Assembly: GCA_965204395.1 (NCBI GenBank)
Contig: OZ241987.1
Span: 767,951-831,950, forward strand
Direction of reading: 5' to 3'
DNA from: Dehalococcoidia bacterium
GTDB taxonomy: Bacteria; Chloroflexota; Dehalococcoidia; Lucifugimonadales; UBA3495
DNA: 64,000 bases
The position numbers were made by a program, and so were the translations under genes. Within the stretch, counting starts at the first letter, position 1, and each line of letters starts with the position of its first letter. Positions 10,432 to 21,993 of the stretch are shown here, piece by piece. The notes beneath the pieces are model-generated. The model saw nothing but the letters and a program-made list of their open reading frames with translations, was not told the DNA's origin and made no database searches.

Positions 10432-10644
10432 AGTCGTCTACGTTCCAATCTCAAGCCCCGGACCGACGCGGCAACAGCCAGTTCATGGACTACTCGAAAC
10501 ATCGGGTAACCCAACCCTGATCTACATAGGACCCATTCACGCCATCCAACCTGGGCCCAAAACCGTAGATTCCTACACGTTGCCACTGTGCAATGCGGAC
10601 ACCCCCAATACGATCGATTTTCTCCAACGTTTTCAGGAATCGCC

Positions 10645-11859
10645 ATGTCGAACCTCTCGCGACTGATCGACTCACGGCGAGCACGACTTACATCAGCGCT
10701 TCTATTGCTCCTCGTGTCGGCATTTTCGGTGCTGGTGTTCGCCGCTTGCGCCGCGCAACCCGAAGTGCGCCAGGTCGAAATCACCCGGGAAATTCCGGTC
10801 ACGAGAGAAGTCCCCGTAACCGTGGTGCGCACCGAAACCGTCGAAATAACGCGCCAAGTACCAATAACCAGAGAAATCCCGGTCACCGTCGAGGTCGTCA
10901 AAACAGTCGAGGTACCCGTCACTCGGGAGGTGGTTAGAGAGATCGAAGTAACCCGCGAAGTTCCAGTCACCCCCGTCGCGTCGCCGACCCCACAGCCTAC
11001 TGCCACCCCTACTCCGTCACCCACTCCGGTCCCGGTTCCAACACCCACTCCATTGCCACCGAAGTCTCGTTTCGGCAATTGGCAGTTGGACCACGATTTC
11101 CACGCTGGCCGCGAAGTCTCCATCTTCCGGAATGAAGCCACAATCCATGAACCCCTGCCGGACGCCCCGGTGCTCACGTTCCTGTGCGACAACCGTGGCT
11201 ACCGGTCCATGTACATCGACTGGAACCACCCTGTGGTCGGCGTGCTGGATACCAGCCTATCCCCGTACGCCAGCGACACCTTTGACATTTACCGGGAGGT
11301 CGACGCCGAATTCCTCCTGGCCGACTACGCCCGACGCTTGCATGAGTTTGTGACTGGTGTGAGACTCGACCCCCGGGACCGCGGGCGTTTCCGGGAGCTT
11401 TGGCGTCAAATCCAGCGGGATTACGACCTGAGCGAACTCACTAGGCCGGAAAATCTAGTCGAACTCGAAGAACCTGAAGAGCCAGAGGACAATGCGAACG
11501 CCGACCAGGAAGAGGAAATTATCCTGTCCGCGAATCGCGGCTCTGCCCTCATCCAACTCGACTTCGCCGTGGAAATCCCTCGTTTCCTGAGAGAGGAATG
11601 GTACCGTCCTTCAGTCCGCGCAACCATCAGAAGCGACTGGCGCGTGCTGCCCAATCAGCGTACGCTCATAGGCGCCAGCGCTATCGGGTCCATCAGCCAA
11701 AGCTATCGGACTATCGGTCCGCCCCGGTCGGAAGAGGATAGCCAACGCGTGATCACAGCGACCATCGCCGAGCCCGAACAGCCAATCGCCATGTTTGCCA
11801 AATGGGAGGTCACCGAATTGGACCGGATATTGGCGCACTGCCGCAGTCTACAAAATTAG
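10645..11859 (+). CDS. hypothetical lipoprotein with N-terminal VTREVPV-type tandem repeats
   Basis: ATG at 10645 (MSNLSRL...). Signal peptide ends in FAAC. Repeat tract, then a PT-rich linker and a roughly 270-aa C-terminal domain with no recognised motif. Confidence 0.55.
   Translation: MSNLSRLIDSRRARLTSALLLLLVSAFSVLVFAACAAQPEVRQVEITREIPVTREVPVTVVRTETVEITRQVPITREIPVTVEVVKTVEVPVTREVVREIEVTREVPVTPVASPTPQPTATPTPSPTPVPVPTPTPLPPKSRFGNWQLDHDFHAGREVSIFRNEATIHEPLPDAPVLTFLCDNRGYRSMYIDWNHPVVGVLDTSLSPYASDTFDIYREVDAEFLLADYARRLHEFVTGVRLDPRDRGRFRELWRQIQRDYDLSELTRPENLVELEEPEEPEDNANADQEEEIILSANRGSALIQLDFAVEIPRFLREEWYRPSVRATIRSDWRVLPNQRTLIGASAIGSISQSYRTIGPPRSEEDSQRVITATIAEPEQPIAMFAKWEVTELDRILAHCRSLQN
10774..10972 (+). 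repeat. in-frame degenerate tandem repeat encoding (V/I)(E/T)(V/I)TRE(V/I)PVT units
   Basis: The peptide reads VEITREIPVTREVPVTVVRTETVEITRQVPITREIPVTVEVVKTVEVPVTREVVREIEVTREVPVT. The DNA units are diverged at synonymous positions. Confidence 0.7.
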
Positions 11860-11974
11860 CGCGCCAGCCGTCCCCGCCGATGTCGCCCCGAACGGTGCGA
11901 TCCTTGCGCCCGCTCAACACGCAGGAAGAACCGATCTCACCAGACGTCGAGATTTATCGCGCGCCATTGGGGAG

Positions 11975-14556
<2,582 letters not shown>

Positions 14557-14676
14557 TTATCGCAATTCATGATACTGTCGGCGTAGAACTAATTATAGCA
14601 TAACCAGGGTTAAATCACCACATTGCGAGTACGAGAATATGCGAATTTTTGAACCCGGTCGGAAAATTTATGTTAA

Positions 14677-15111
14677 TCATTCCAATAAGGAAGAGTAATA
14701 CCATCGGCCGGACAACAGGCTGTCGATTGCCAGCCGCATTGGCTCAAACAACGGCTTCGGCGGATCGGACAATGGATACCAGCCAAACTCCCCAAACGAC
14801 CCGTCGGATGCCGTGGGCACGGGTTCCTGATCGTCTATGTCCCCGAGAAACTCCACGTCCACGTAATGCCGGTCGTACGCCAGAATGTTGCTGAGGCAAA
14901 GCACCCGCAACTCGCCCACCGTCACACCCAACTCCTCCATCGCCTCCCGTCGGGCACACGCCTCCAGCGTTTCGCCAAACTCCAGGTGCCCGCCCGCCGA
15001 CCCCCAGGTGTCCTCACCATGCGCTCCCCGACGTTTCGCCAGGAACACCTTCCCTTGCCGAACAAACACGACGCCTACGCCCACCAGCGGCCTCTTCCCT
15101 TGCGTACTCAC
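14677..15111 (-). CDS. NUDIX hydrolase
   Basis: Nudix box GGHLEFGETLEACARREAMEELG. I prefer the GTG at 15111 (144 aa). The longer ORF to 15210 would have to read through a 16-bp (non-triplet) tandem duplication. Confidence 0.75.
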   Translation of the reverse strand: MSTQGKRPLVGVGVVFVRQGKVFLAKRRGAHGEDTWGSAGGHLEFGETLEACARREAMEELGVTVGELRVLCLSNILAYDRHYVDVEFLGDIDDQEPVPTASDGSFGEFGWYPLSDPPKPLFEPMRLAIDSLLSGRWYYSSLLE

Positions 15112-15115
15112 AGCG

Positions 15116-15150
15116 ACAGTATAGCGCAGCCACAGTATAGCGCAGCCACA
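15116..15150. repeat. perfect 16-bp tandem duplication (2.2 copies), each unit carrying TATACT on the minus strand
   Basis: acagtatagcgcagcc occurs at 15116-15131 and again at 15132-15147, followed by aca. The minus strand reads ggctgcgctatactgt twice, then cgct, then the Nudix GTG. Confidence 0.85.
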
Positions 15151-15320
15151 CCACCAAACATGCCCGTCTGCCCGGTTAGCGTTGATGGTTTCGACGTTCC
15201 ATTGCGCCACTTTGCCGCCGGATCATTGCCTTGTTCGAGCGCAACCCCGGTGCTAGACTGCGCCCGCCTTCCTGAATACGCCCACTCGCCTAGCCATCTT
15301 TGCCAGGAGTCCATTCCTCG

Positions 15321-16154
15321 ATGACCACTACCTCCGAACACTCCGATCTCCCAGTTTCGCGTTCCGGCCTATCCGCTCTGGAAGTGTGCGAAAACGCAGT
15401 GCGGCGCGCCGGCGAACTCGTGCTGAATCGTTTCCGAACCGATGTGGAGGTGAGCTTCAAGGGCCGCGCCAACGTGGTCACCGACGCCGACCTGGCGTCC
15501 GAGCGGTTGATCCTCGACTATGTCCGCGACGAATACCCCGATTTCGGCGTCTTGTCGGAAGAGTCCGACCCAGTTCCCGGCTCCTCGCCCTACACGTGGG
15601 TGGTCGATCCCATCGACGGCACTCGGAACTTCGCCGAGGGCATCCCCCACTTCTGCATCGTCGTGGCCGTCGCAAATGGCGGTCAAGTAGTTGCCGGCGT
15701 CACCTACGACCCTGTCCGAGACGAACTCTTTTCTGCCCAGCAGGGTGCCGGAGCGTACCTGGACGGCCAGAGGATCCACATATCAGACCGCCAGAACATA
15801 GACGAGGCCATCCTCGGTTTCGACCTCGGTTACGACTTCGATCAGGCCAAACACCTGATAGAAATGGTCGCCGGCATTTGGCCCCAGATATCAGGGTACC
15901 GCCTGATGGGCTCCAGCGCCATGAGCATCGCCTACACCGCCGCCGGTCGCATCGACCTCTACGCCCACCACAGCCTTTCGTCTTGGGACATCGCATCCGG
16001 AATCCTGCTCGCCAAAGAGGCCGGCGCCAACGTCCTCGACCGCGCCACCCTTCAGGACGCGACCCTCTTCTCACCCGGCCTCATCATCGCCAACACATCC
16101 CTGCTGGACCAATTCCTCGCCATGACCGACGGCTACACCTGGCGCACCATGTAG
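15321..16154 (+). CDS. inositol monophosphatase family protein (SuhB/ImpA-like)
   Basis: WVVDPIDGTRNF and SWDIASG motifs. ATG at 15321 is preceded by AGGAG (15305-15309). Confidence 0.85.
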   Translation: MTTTSEHSDLPVSRSGLSALEVCENAVRRAGELVLNRFRTDVEVSFKGRANVVTDADLASERLILDYVRDEYPDFGVLSEESDPVPGSSPYTWVVDPIDGTRNFAEGIPHFCIVVAVANGGQVVAGVTYDPVRDELFSAQQGAGAYLDGQRIHISDRQNIDEAILGFDLGYDFDQAKHLIEMVAGIWPQISGYRLMGSSAMSIAYTAAGRIDLYAHHSLSSWDIASGILLAKEAGANVLDRATLQDATLFSPGLIIANTSLLDQFLAMTDGYTWRTM

Positions 16155-16161
16155 TTGTTTC

Positions 16162-16299
16162 CTAGGGTGTATTCAGGATCGCCCACCACCCATTCGCGAA
16201 GCCTATGATCGTAATGATGAACGCTACGGCCGCGACAGCAAAGGTGTAACAGAACGCGAAAATCGTCGATCGTTTTATCTTTCTGTTTTTGGTGTGCAA
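16162..16299 (-). CDS. possible 45-aa single-TM peptide (below the ORF-track cutoff)
   Basis: My own translation: TTG start 7 nt after the stop of the upstream membrane ORF, with GAGGAAA just before it. The peptide reads ...STIFAFCYTFAVAAVAFIITIIGFANGWWAILNTP. Confidence 0.25.
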   Translation of the reverse strand: MHTKNRKIKRSTIFAFCYTFAVAAVAFIITIIGFANGWWAILNTP

Positions 16300-16306
16300 G
16301 ATTTCC

Positions 16307-16564
16307 TCAAATCACTGGATCTGACCCGGACACCGTCAGCCTTATCCTTTCCAGGAAATTGTGCCACCACCCTATCAACGGTGCCAAGCCCAAGTACGGA
16401 AAAAGAGCCAAAGCTACGGCGGCTCCCCACTCCTGAAACCCCGACGGTTCATACAGACGCTGCGGGACGTTCGCCACGGCTAAAGCTAAACCTCCAGCTA
16501 TCAGCACGACGACCACTACTGTGAACGTCAACCATTGCAGCAAAAACAGTGCGTGAGTTTTCAA
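16307..16564 (-). CDS. hypothetical small membrane protein
   Basis: 85 aa with two clear hydrophobic helices, in an AT-richer pocket. Confidence 0.45.
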   Translation of the reverse strand: MKTHALFLLQWLTFTVVVVVLIAGGLALAVANVPQRLYEPSGFQEWGAAVALALFPYLGLAPLIGWWHNFLERIRLTVSGSDPVI

Positions 16565-16640
16565 TTTCTTTGGTTTTCCTGTGATCTCGGAAGGTTATGG
16601 TGCATATAATAGCAAATTGTAGCTTTCCACGCTAAACATT

Positions 16641-17861
16641 TTATGCACTGATGATCCCAGCCGCCACCAACTCCTCGATTTCGCCCTCCGAATACCCGTG
16701 CTCCAGCAGCACCTCCCTGCTGTGCTCTCCTAGCGCCGGTCCCCGGTGCCGTATCCGACCCGGCGTCGCTGACAACTTCACCGGCACACCGATGTTCTTT
16801 ACTTTGCCCAGCTCGTCGTCCTCTATCTCTACCAGCATCTCCCTCGCCAGCACCTGCTCGTCGGAATACACCTGCTCCATGTCGTAGATAGGACCGGCTA
16901 CCACTCCCGCCGCTTCCAGTTGATCCATCCAGTGCTCCGTGGTGTGCTCGCCCATGATTCCCTCGAGCATTTCGGCCAGTTCTTCCTCACGCGCTTTCCG
17001 ATCGTTTCCATCCTTGTAGCGCGGGTCCTCGATCAACTCCTCCCGCCCGATCGCGCGGCAGAACTGTTCCCACGTAGGCTGCGATGCCGCGCCGATGTTG
17101 ATGTACCCGTCGCTGGTGCGCAGAGCCTGGTACGGCGCGTTCACCCGGTGCGCCGACCCCAACGGCCCCGGTATCTCACCCGTGGCGAAATACTCCGATG
17201 ACTCCCACACGGTGTACGCGATTCCCGCTTCCATCAGCGAACCGTCCACCTGCTGCCCCTGCCCAGTTCGTTGCGCGTGGATGTACGCCGCCAGGATCCC
17301 GACCGCCGTAAAACTTCCGGCCCCGATATCCGTGATGGGCACTCCCACCTTAGCCGGCGGACCGCCCGGGAATCCCGTAATTGACATCAGCCCGCTCATC
17401 CCCTGCGCCACCAGGTCAAACCCGCCCCGGTTGCGATACGGTCCCGTGCCGCCGAACCCCGAGATGCTCGCGTACACCAACTTCGGATTGATCCCGGCCA
17501 ACGTTTCATACCCCAGACCCAACCGATCCATCACCCCGGGCCGGAAATTTTCCACCACGATGTCTGCCGTCTCTGCCATCCGCTTGAAGACTGCCTTGCC
17601 GTCGTCGCCGCGCAGATCCAGCGCGATGCTGCGCTTGTTCCGGTTCAGCGCCAGAAATCCCGCCGCGAACCGCTCCGACAAACGCGACCCCATACGCCGC
17701 GTGTCGTCGCCGCCGCCGGGCCGCTCGATCTTGATCACGTTCGCGCCCATGTCGGCCAATAGCATCGTGCACATCGGCCCCGCCATGATCTGCGTCAGGT
17801 CGAGCACCTTGACGCCTGCGAGTGGCCCATCGGTATGATTGCTTTGGGTCATATTCATCAC
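16641..17861 (-). CDS. CaiB/BaiF family (class III) CoA-transferase
   Basis: LAGVKVLDLTQIMAGPMCTMLLADMGANVIKIERPGGGD is the signature N-terminus of this family. 406 aa. Confidence 0.88.
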   Translation of the reverse strand: MMNMTQSNHTDGPLAGVKVLDLTQIMAGPMCTMLLADMGANVIKIERPGGGDDTRRMGSRLSERFAAGFLALNRNKRSIALDLRGDDGKAVFKRMAETADIVVENFRPGVMDRLGLGYETLAGINPKLVYASISGFGGTGPYRNRGGFDLVAQGMSGLMSITGFPGGPPAKVGVPITDIGAGSFTAVGILAAYIHAQRTGQGQQVDGSLMEAGIAYTVWESSEYFATGEIPGPLGSAHRVNAPYQALRTSDGYINIGAASQPTWEQFCRAIGREELIEDPRYKDGNDRKAREEELAEMLEGIMGEHTTEHWMDQLEAAGVVAGPIYDMEQVYSDEQVLAREMLVEIEDDELGKVKNIGVPVKLSATPGRIRHRGPALGEHSREVLLEHGYSEGEIEELVAAGIISA

Positions 17862-17979
17862 CTATCGAGAGTCCGCGCCCCAATTTGCCAGGAGCCGTCA
17901 GGGTTCGCGCCGAGTCGATTGCCCGTTTGACGCTCCGAGCTTGAAAACGCCATAATGCCGCCCCGGTCGGAGGCAAATA

Positions 17980-18798
17980 ATGGGCGAAATTATACTCGGC
18001 GACAATCTGGATGTCTTACCAACCCTGCCCGACGGCGCATTCCAGCTCATCTACGTCGACCCGCCTTTCAATACCGGCAAGTCCCAGTCCCGCACCCGCA
18101 TCAGGGTAGCGCCCGACGTCGACGGCGACCGCACCGGTTTCCAGGGCCGCCGCTATCGCACCCAGGTCGTCGGAGAGAGCCGGTATGCCGACCGATTCGA
18201 CGACTACGTCGAATTCCTCCGCCCCCGCATGGTCGAGGCCTATCGTCTCCTCGACGACCACGGCAGCCTCTTCTTCCACATCGACTACCGAGAAGTCCAC
18301 TACTGCAAAATCATGCTGGACGATATCTTCGGCCGCGATTCCTTCATCAACGAGATCATCTGGGCCTACGACTACGGCGGACGCCCCAAAACCCGCTGGC
18401 CCGCCAAACACGACAACATCCTCTGGTACGCCAAGGACCCCGACCACTACACCTTCAACTACGACGCCATTGACCGCATACCCTACATGGCTCCCGGATT
18501 AGTCGGCCCCGAAAAGGCCGCCCGCGGCAAGACCCCCACCGACGTCTGGTGGCGCACCATCGTGACCGGCAAGGAGAAGACCGGCTACGCGACCCAGAAA
18601 CCCCTGCACATCATCAGCCGCATCGTCCGTGTCCATTCCAATCCCGGCGACCGCGTCCTCGACTTCTTCGCCGGCAGCGGCACCCTCGGCGAAGCAGCCC
18701 ACCGCGAGGGCCGAGACTTCACCCTCGTCGATAACAACCCAGAGGCCGTGGCCGTAATGCGGCGGCGACTTGGAGCAATAGCATTGGGACGAATCTGA
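17980..18798 (+). CDS. site-specific DNA methyltransferase, beta-class N6A/N4C family (PF01555-like), probably N6-adenine
   Basis: Motif IV IYVDPPFNTG is near the N-terminus and the SAM-binding motif I VLDFFAGSGTLGEAA is near the C-terminus. This is the circularly permuted beta order. 272 aa. Confidence 0.85.
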   Translation: MGEIILGDNLDVLPTLPDGAFQLIYVDPPFNTGKSQSRTRIRVAPDVDGDRTGFQGRRYRTQVVGESRYADRFDDYVEFLRPRMVEAYRLLDDHGSLFFHIDYREVHYCKIMLDDIFGRDSFINEIIWAYDYGGRPKTRWPAKHDNILWYAKDPDHYTFNYDAIDRIPYMAPGLVGPEKAARGKTPTDVWWRTIVTGKEKTGYATQKPLHIISRIVRVHSNPGDRVLDFFAGSGTLGEAAHREGRDFTLVDNNPEAVAVMRRRLGAIALGRI

Positions 18799-18834
18799 TA
18801 CCATGAGATTGATCTCGTTGGAGCTATAAGCTTT

Positions 18835-19494
18835 ATGACCACGCCGACTGATCCTGCCAATGAGCAGGAAGCGATGTCATTCGCTGAAATCCGTGCCTTG
18901 TTGTCAGAGACCGTCCGGGGTCTCGCTGAAACGCGCAAGATCGTCGACGAGAACACCCGCGCCATATCCGAGATGAGTGCTGCCATCGTTGACCTTACGG
19001 AAGCGCAGCGCCGTACCAACCAGGATGTCTCCACCCTCAAGGGTTGGGGCTTGGAACTCTACTGCGAACGAAACCCCGAAATCTTTGCCGAAGCCCTCGG
19101 CATGGGAGAGGAGGAGGTAATCCCCAAAAAGGAAATCATGCGCATCGGCAGCGAGGCGGTGCGCGTCGGGGTGATCACGCCCGACCAACGCCGCAACTTG
19201 AGCCGGGCCGACGTTTACATCTACGCTCGTCGTGAATCTGACCACCAACCCTTTTGCCTGGTGGTGGAAGCGTCGTTCAAAGTGGGCGCTGCCGACGTGA
19301 ACCGAGCGGCGGATCGGGCCGAGATCCTGGACATCGTTCTACAAAAATATCAACCGCGCAACCTCAACGGCCAGGCAATTCCAATTGTCGCCGGCAACGA
19401 TATTGACATCGGCGCTTCCTTCCGGGCCAAGACATTCAACGTTACGTACGTCCCGATCCAGAACGGCAATCAACTCACCAACCCTCCCGAATAA
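18835..19494 (+). CDS. hypothetical protein: N-terminal coiled coil plus C-terminal domain with a PD-(D/E)xK-like signature
   Basis: 219 aa. Residues 10-70 are heptad-like (LSETVRGLAETRKIVDENTRAISEMSAAIVDLTEAQRR). The C-terminus has ADVYIYAR...FCLVVEASFK, which resembles but does not exactly match D...ExK. Lies 36 nt after the MTase stop. Confidence 0.35.
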   Translation: MTTPTDPANEQEAMSFAEIRALLSETVRGLAETRKIVDENTRAISEMSAAIVDLTEAQRRTNQDVSTLKGWGLELYCERNPEIFAEALGMGEEEVIPKKEIMRIGSEAVRVGVITPDQRRNLSRADVYIYARRESDHQPFCLVVEASFKVGAADVNRAADRAEILDIVLQKYQPRNLNGQAIPIVAGNDIDIGASFRAKTFNVTYVPIQNGNQLTNPPE

Positions 19495-19506
19495 GGAGCG
19501 CCCACA

Positions 19507-20994
19507 TTGACCGCCGCCCGCCATATCAAGCAGGACGCCGATTTCATATTTCACGAACTCACCCGGTCCATCTGCCCTGAATGCAAAACCGTCATCGATG
19601 CCCAGGTAATCATCCGCGACAACAAGGTTTACATGCGCAAGCGCTGTCCCGAACACGGTTGGTTCGAGGGCATCATCAGTTCCGACGCCGAGATGTATGT
19701 CGGCAGCATCCGTTTCAACAAGCCCGGCACCATCCCCCTGGATTTCAGCACCGAGGTCGATAAAGGCTGTCCCCTGGATTGCGGCCTCTGCCCCGAGCAC
19801 AAGCAGCACATCTGTCTCGCCCTCATCGAGATCAACACCGCCTGCAACCTCGATTGCCCCATCTGTTTCGCCGACGCCGGCATCGGATACAACCTCACCC
19901 TCGAACAGGTCGAGTCCATGCTTGATCGCTTCGTCGAGATCGAGGGCGATCCCGAGGTCGTCCAGTTCAGCGGCGGCGAGCCTACCATCCACCCGCAATT
20001 GCCCGAGATGATCCAGGCCGCCAAGGACCGCGGCATCCGCCAGGTGATGATCAACACCAACGGTGTCCGCCTCGCCCACGACGACCGGTTCCTCGCCCAG
20101 ATGGCCGCCCTCGATCCCGTCGTCTATTTCCAGTTCGACGGCCTGCGCGAGGACACCTACCGCACCATACGCGGCGAACCGCTGCTGGAAACCAAGATGC
20201 GCGCCCTTGACCGGCTCGCCGACGCCGGCATGACCGCCGTGCTCGTGGCGGCCATCGAACGCGACGTCAACACCGACGAGGTCGGCGCAATCTTGGAGTT
20301 CGGTTTGCGGCATCCCGCCGTCCGCGGCGCCGTGTTCCAGCCAGTGACTCACGTGGGCCGACACATCGAATTCGACCCCATGACCCGTGTCACCATCCCC
20401 GACATCATCCACGGTATCGTCGACCAGACCAACGGCCGGTTCGTTGTAGAGGATTTCGTCCCAGTTCCCTGCTGTTTCCCCACCTGCCAGGTCAATTCCT
20501 ACCTGTTCGTAGATGGCGACAAGGTCACGCCACTGCCACGACTGCTCGACATCGATGAGTACCTCGACTACATCACCAACCGCGCCCTGCCCAAGGCGCC
20601 CGACTCAGCCGCTATTCAGTCTGCGCTGGAAGGGTTGTGGTCTGCTTCCGCCGTCGCCGGCACCGAGCAGACCGCCGGTCAATTCGAGTGCGCCTGCGGT
20701 CCTGGCCTGGACCTGCCTTACGAAATTAACCACCTCAAGGACCACATATTCCAGGTTGCCATCAAGGACTTCCTCGATGCCTGGACCTTCAACGTCAAGC
20801 AGGTCATGAAGTGCTGCGTTGGCATCCTCACCCCCGACGGCCGCGCCATCCCCTTCTGCGCATACAACTCCGTCGGATACCGCGAGCAAATCCGCGACCA
20901 ACTCATCCAGCAGCAGGGGCACCACCGGCTCCGCGCGCTCGGCCTCGATGCGTCCCCGACGGTGGGTTCTCCAATTGAGTCCCCTCTTCCTTGA
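19507..20994 (+). CDS. radical SAM protein with N-terminal Cys3His ribbon and extra Fe-S motifs; MJ0619/Tes (tetraether synthase)-like architecture
   Basis: TTG start 8 nt after AAGGAG. Motifs: C23xxC26...C47xxH50, GCPLDCGLCPEH, radical-SAM CNLDCPIC, Cys-rich C-terminus (PCCFPTC, ECACG, MKCCVG...PFCAYN). The subfamily assignment is from memory of the family architecture. Confidence 0.6.
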   Translation: MTAARHIKQDADFIFHELTRSICPECKTVIDAQVIIRDNKVYMRKRCPEHGWFEGIISSDAEMYVGSIRFNKPGTIPLDFSTEVDKGCPLDCGLCPEHKQHICLALIEINTACNLDCPICFADAGIGYNLTLEQVESMLDRFVEIEGDPEVVQFSGGEPTIHPQLPEMIQAAKDRGIRQVMINTNGVRLAHDDRFLAQMAALDPVVYFQFDGLREDTYRTIRGEPLLETKMRALDRLADAGMTAVLVAAIERDVNTDEVGAILEFGLRHPAVRGAVFQPVTHVGRHIEFDPMTRVTIPDIIHGIVDQTNGRFVVEDFVPVPCCFPTCQVNSYLFVDGDKVTPLPRLLDIDEYLDYITNRALPKAPDSAAIQSALEGLWSASAVAGTEQTAGQFECACGPGLDLPYEINHLKDHIFQVAIKDFLDAWTFNVKQVMKCCVGILTPDGRAIPFCAYNSVGYREQIRDQLIQQQGHHRLRALGLDASPTVGSPIESPLP

Positions 20995-21126
20995 TGGGAC
21001 GGCCGCGGTGAATCCTCAATCGAGTTCTCTCTCCATTGATGGGTGGCACATCCGCCCTACGGCGGGAGGGGGCCAGGGTGCGAGCCTGTCCGCCTCCGGT
21101 GGGTCCGCCTTTGGCGGGAGGGTGAA

Positions 21127-21924
21127 ATGACCATGCTCAACACCTATACTGCCAAGATCTGCTGCGCCGATCTCTATTCGTCCGAACTCGCCCGCTTGAT
21201 CTTGGGCGACAGCCTCCATCCAGGCGGCCTCCGCGCCACCAACCGCCTGGGCCATGCCATGGGCTTGCAACCCGGCTGGCGCGTGCTGGACCTGGCGTGC
21301 GGCCTGGGAGCCAGCGCCACCGCCCTGTCTCGGGTCTTTCGTTGCCACGTTACGGGCTTGGAGCTCGGAGCCCACGCCGCGGCGACTTCTCGCCGGCGAG
21401 CGCTGGAGGAGCCGATACCAGCCAATGTGGCTTTCGTGCGCGGCGACGCCGAGATGCCGCCTTTTCGCTCGGGCGCATTTGACGCCGTAGTCATAGAATG
21501 CGCCACCAGCCTGTTCGCCGACAAAGCCGCCGCCATCGCCGAGGTTCGGCGACTACTCAAGCCCGGCGGAGTAATCGGCCTCTCTGACGTAACCGTCGAG
21601 TCCGGCTCCTTACCTCCCGAACTGGACAGCCCCGTTGGCATGATGCTCTGCCTGACCGATGCCCTTCCCGCCGGCGGCTACCCCGATCTGCTGCAATCTG
21701 GAGGTCTCTCCATCATGGAGCGCGCCGACCTCTCTTCCGAGGTGATGTCGCTCCTGGGGGAACTCCGCACCAAGTTGGCTCTCTGGAGTGGACTCGGACC
21801 AGCCAACCTCGTAGGTGGAGCCGATTGGACTGATTTTCCCCTGGATCTGCTGGATCGCGTGGAGGACCTGGTCGCCCGTGGCGACATCGGATATTGGCTG
21901 TACACAGCACGCAATCCCGCATAA
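21127..21924 (+). CDS. class I SAM-dependent methyltransferase with ArsM-like cysteine layout
   Basis: ATG at 21127 after GGGAGGGTGA. CC pair (KICCADLY), SLHPGG, SAM motif VLDLACGLGAS, later Cys in IECATS and MMLCLTDAL, and KPGGVIGLSDV. Confidence 0.7.
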   Translation: MTMLNTYTAKICCADLYSSELARLILGDSLHPGGLRATNRLGHAMGLQPGWRVLDLACGLGASATALSRVFRCHVTGLELGAHAAATSRRRALEEPIPANVAFVRGDAEMPPFRSGAFDAVVIECATSLFADKAAAIAEVRRLLKPGGVIGLSDVTVESGSLPPELDSPVGMMLCLTDALPAGGYPDLLQSGGLSIMERADLSSEVMSLLGELRTKLALWSGLGPANLVGGADWTDFPLDLLDRVEDLVARGDIGYWLYTARNPA

Positions 21925-21993
21925 CTGGTAAACCCACCTCCGTGCTATGATGCTTGGAGTGTTTCTAAAAATCTTTTATAGCACGCTGACCTG

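Noticed and set aside
10774-10972. A CRISPR-like or other non-coding array suggested by repetitive DNA.
   Set aside because: The repeats are in-frame, degenerate at synonymous sites and lack unique spacers. They encode a peptide repeat inside a lipoprotein gene. No CRISPR array was seen anywhere in the window.
19507-21924. Arsenosugar pathway (ArsS radical SAM + ArsM) as the explanation for the radical SAM/methyltransferase pair.
   Set aside because: As I recall it, ArsS is a shorter radical SAM protein with a C-terminal Cys-rich DUF3641-type domain and no N-terminal metal ribbon or second CxxxCxxC. The methyltransferase also lacks the FYGCGxP-type cysteine of ArsM. The idea is noted as an alternative but not adopted.
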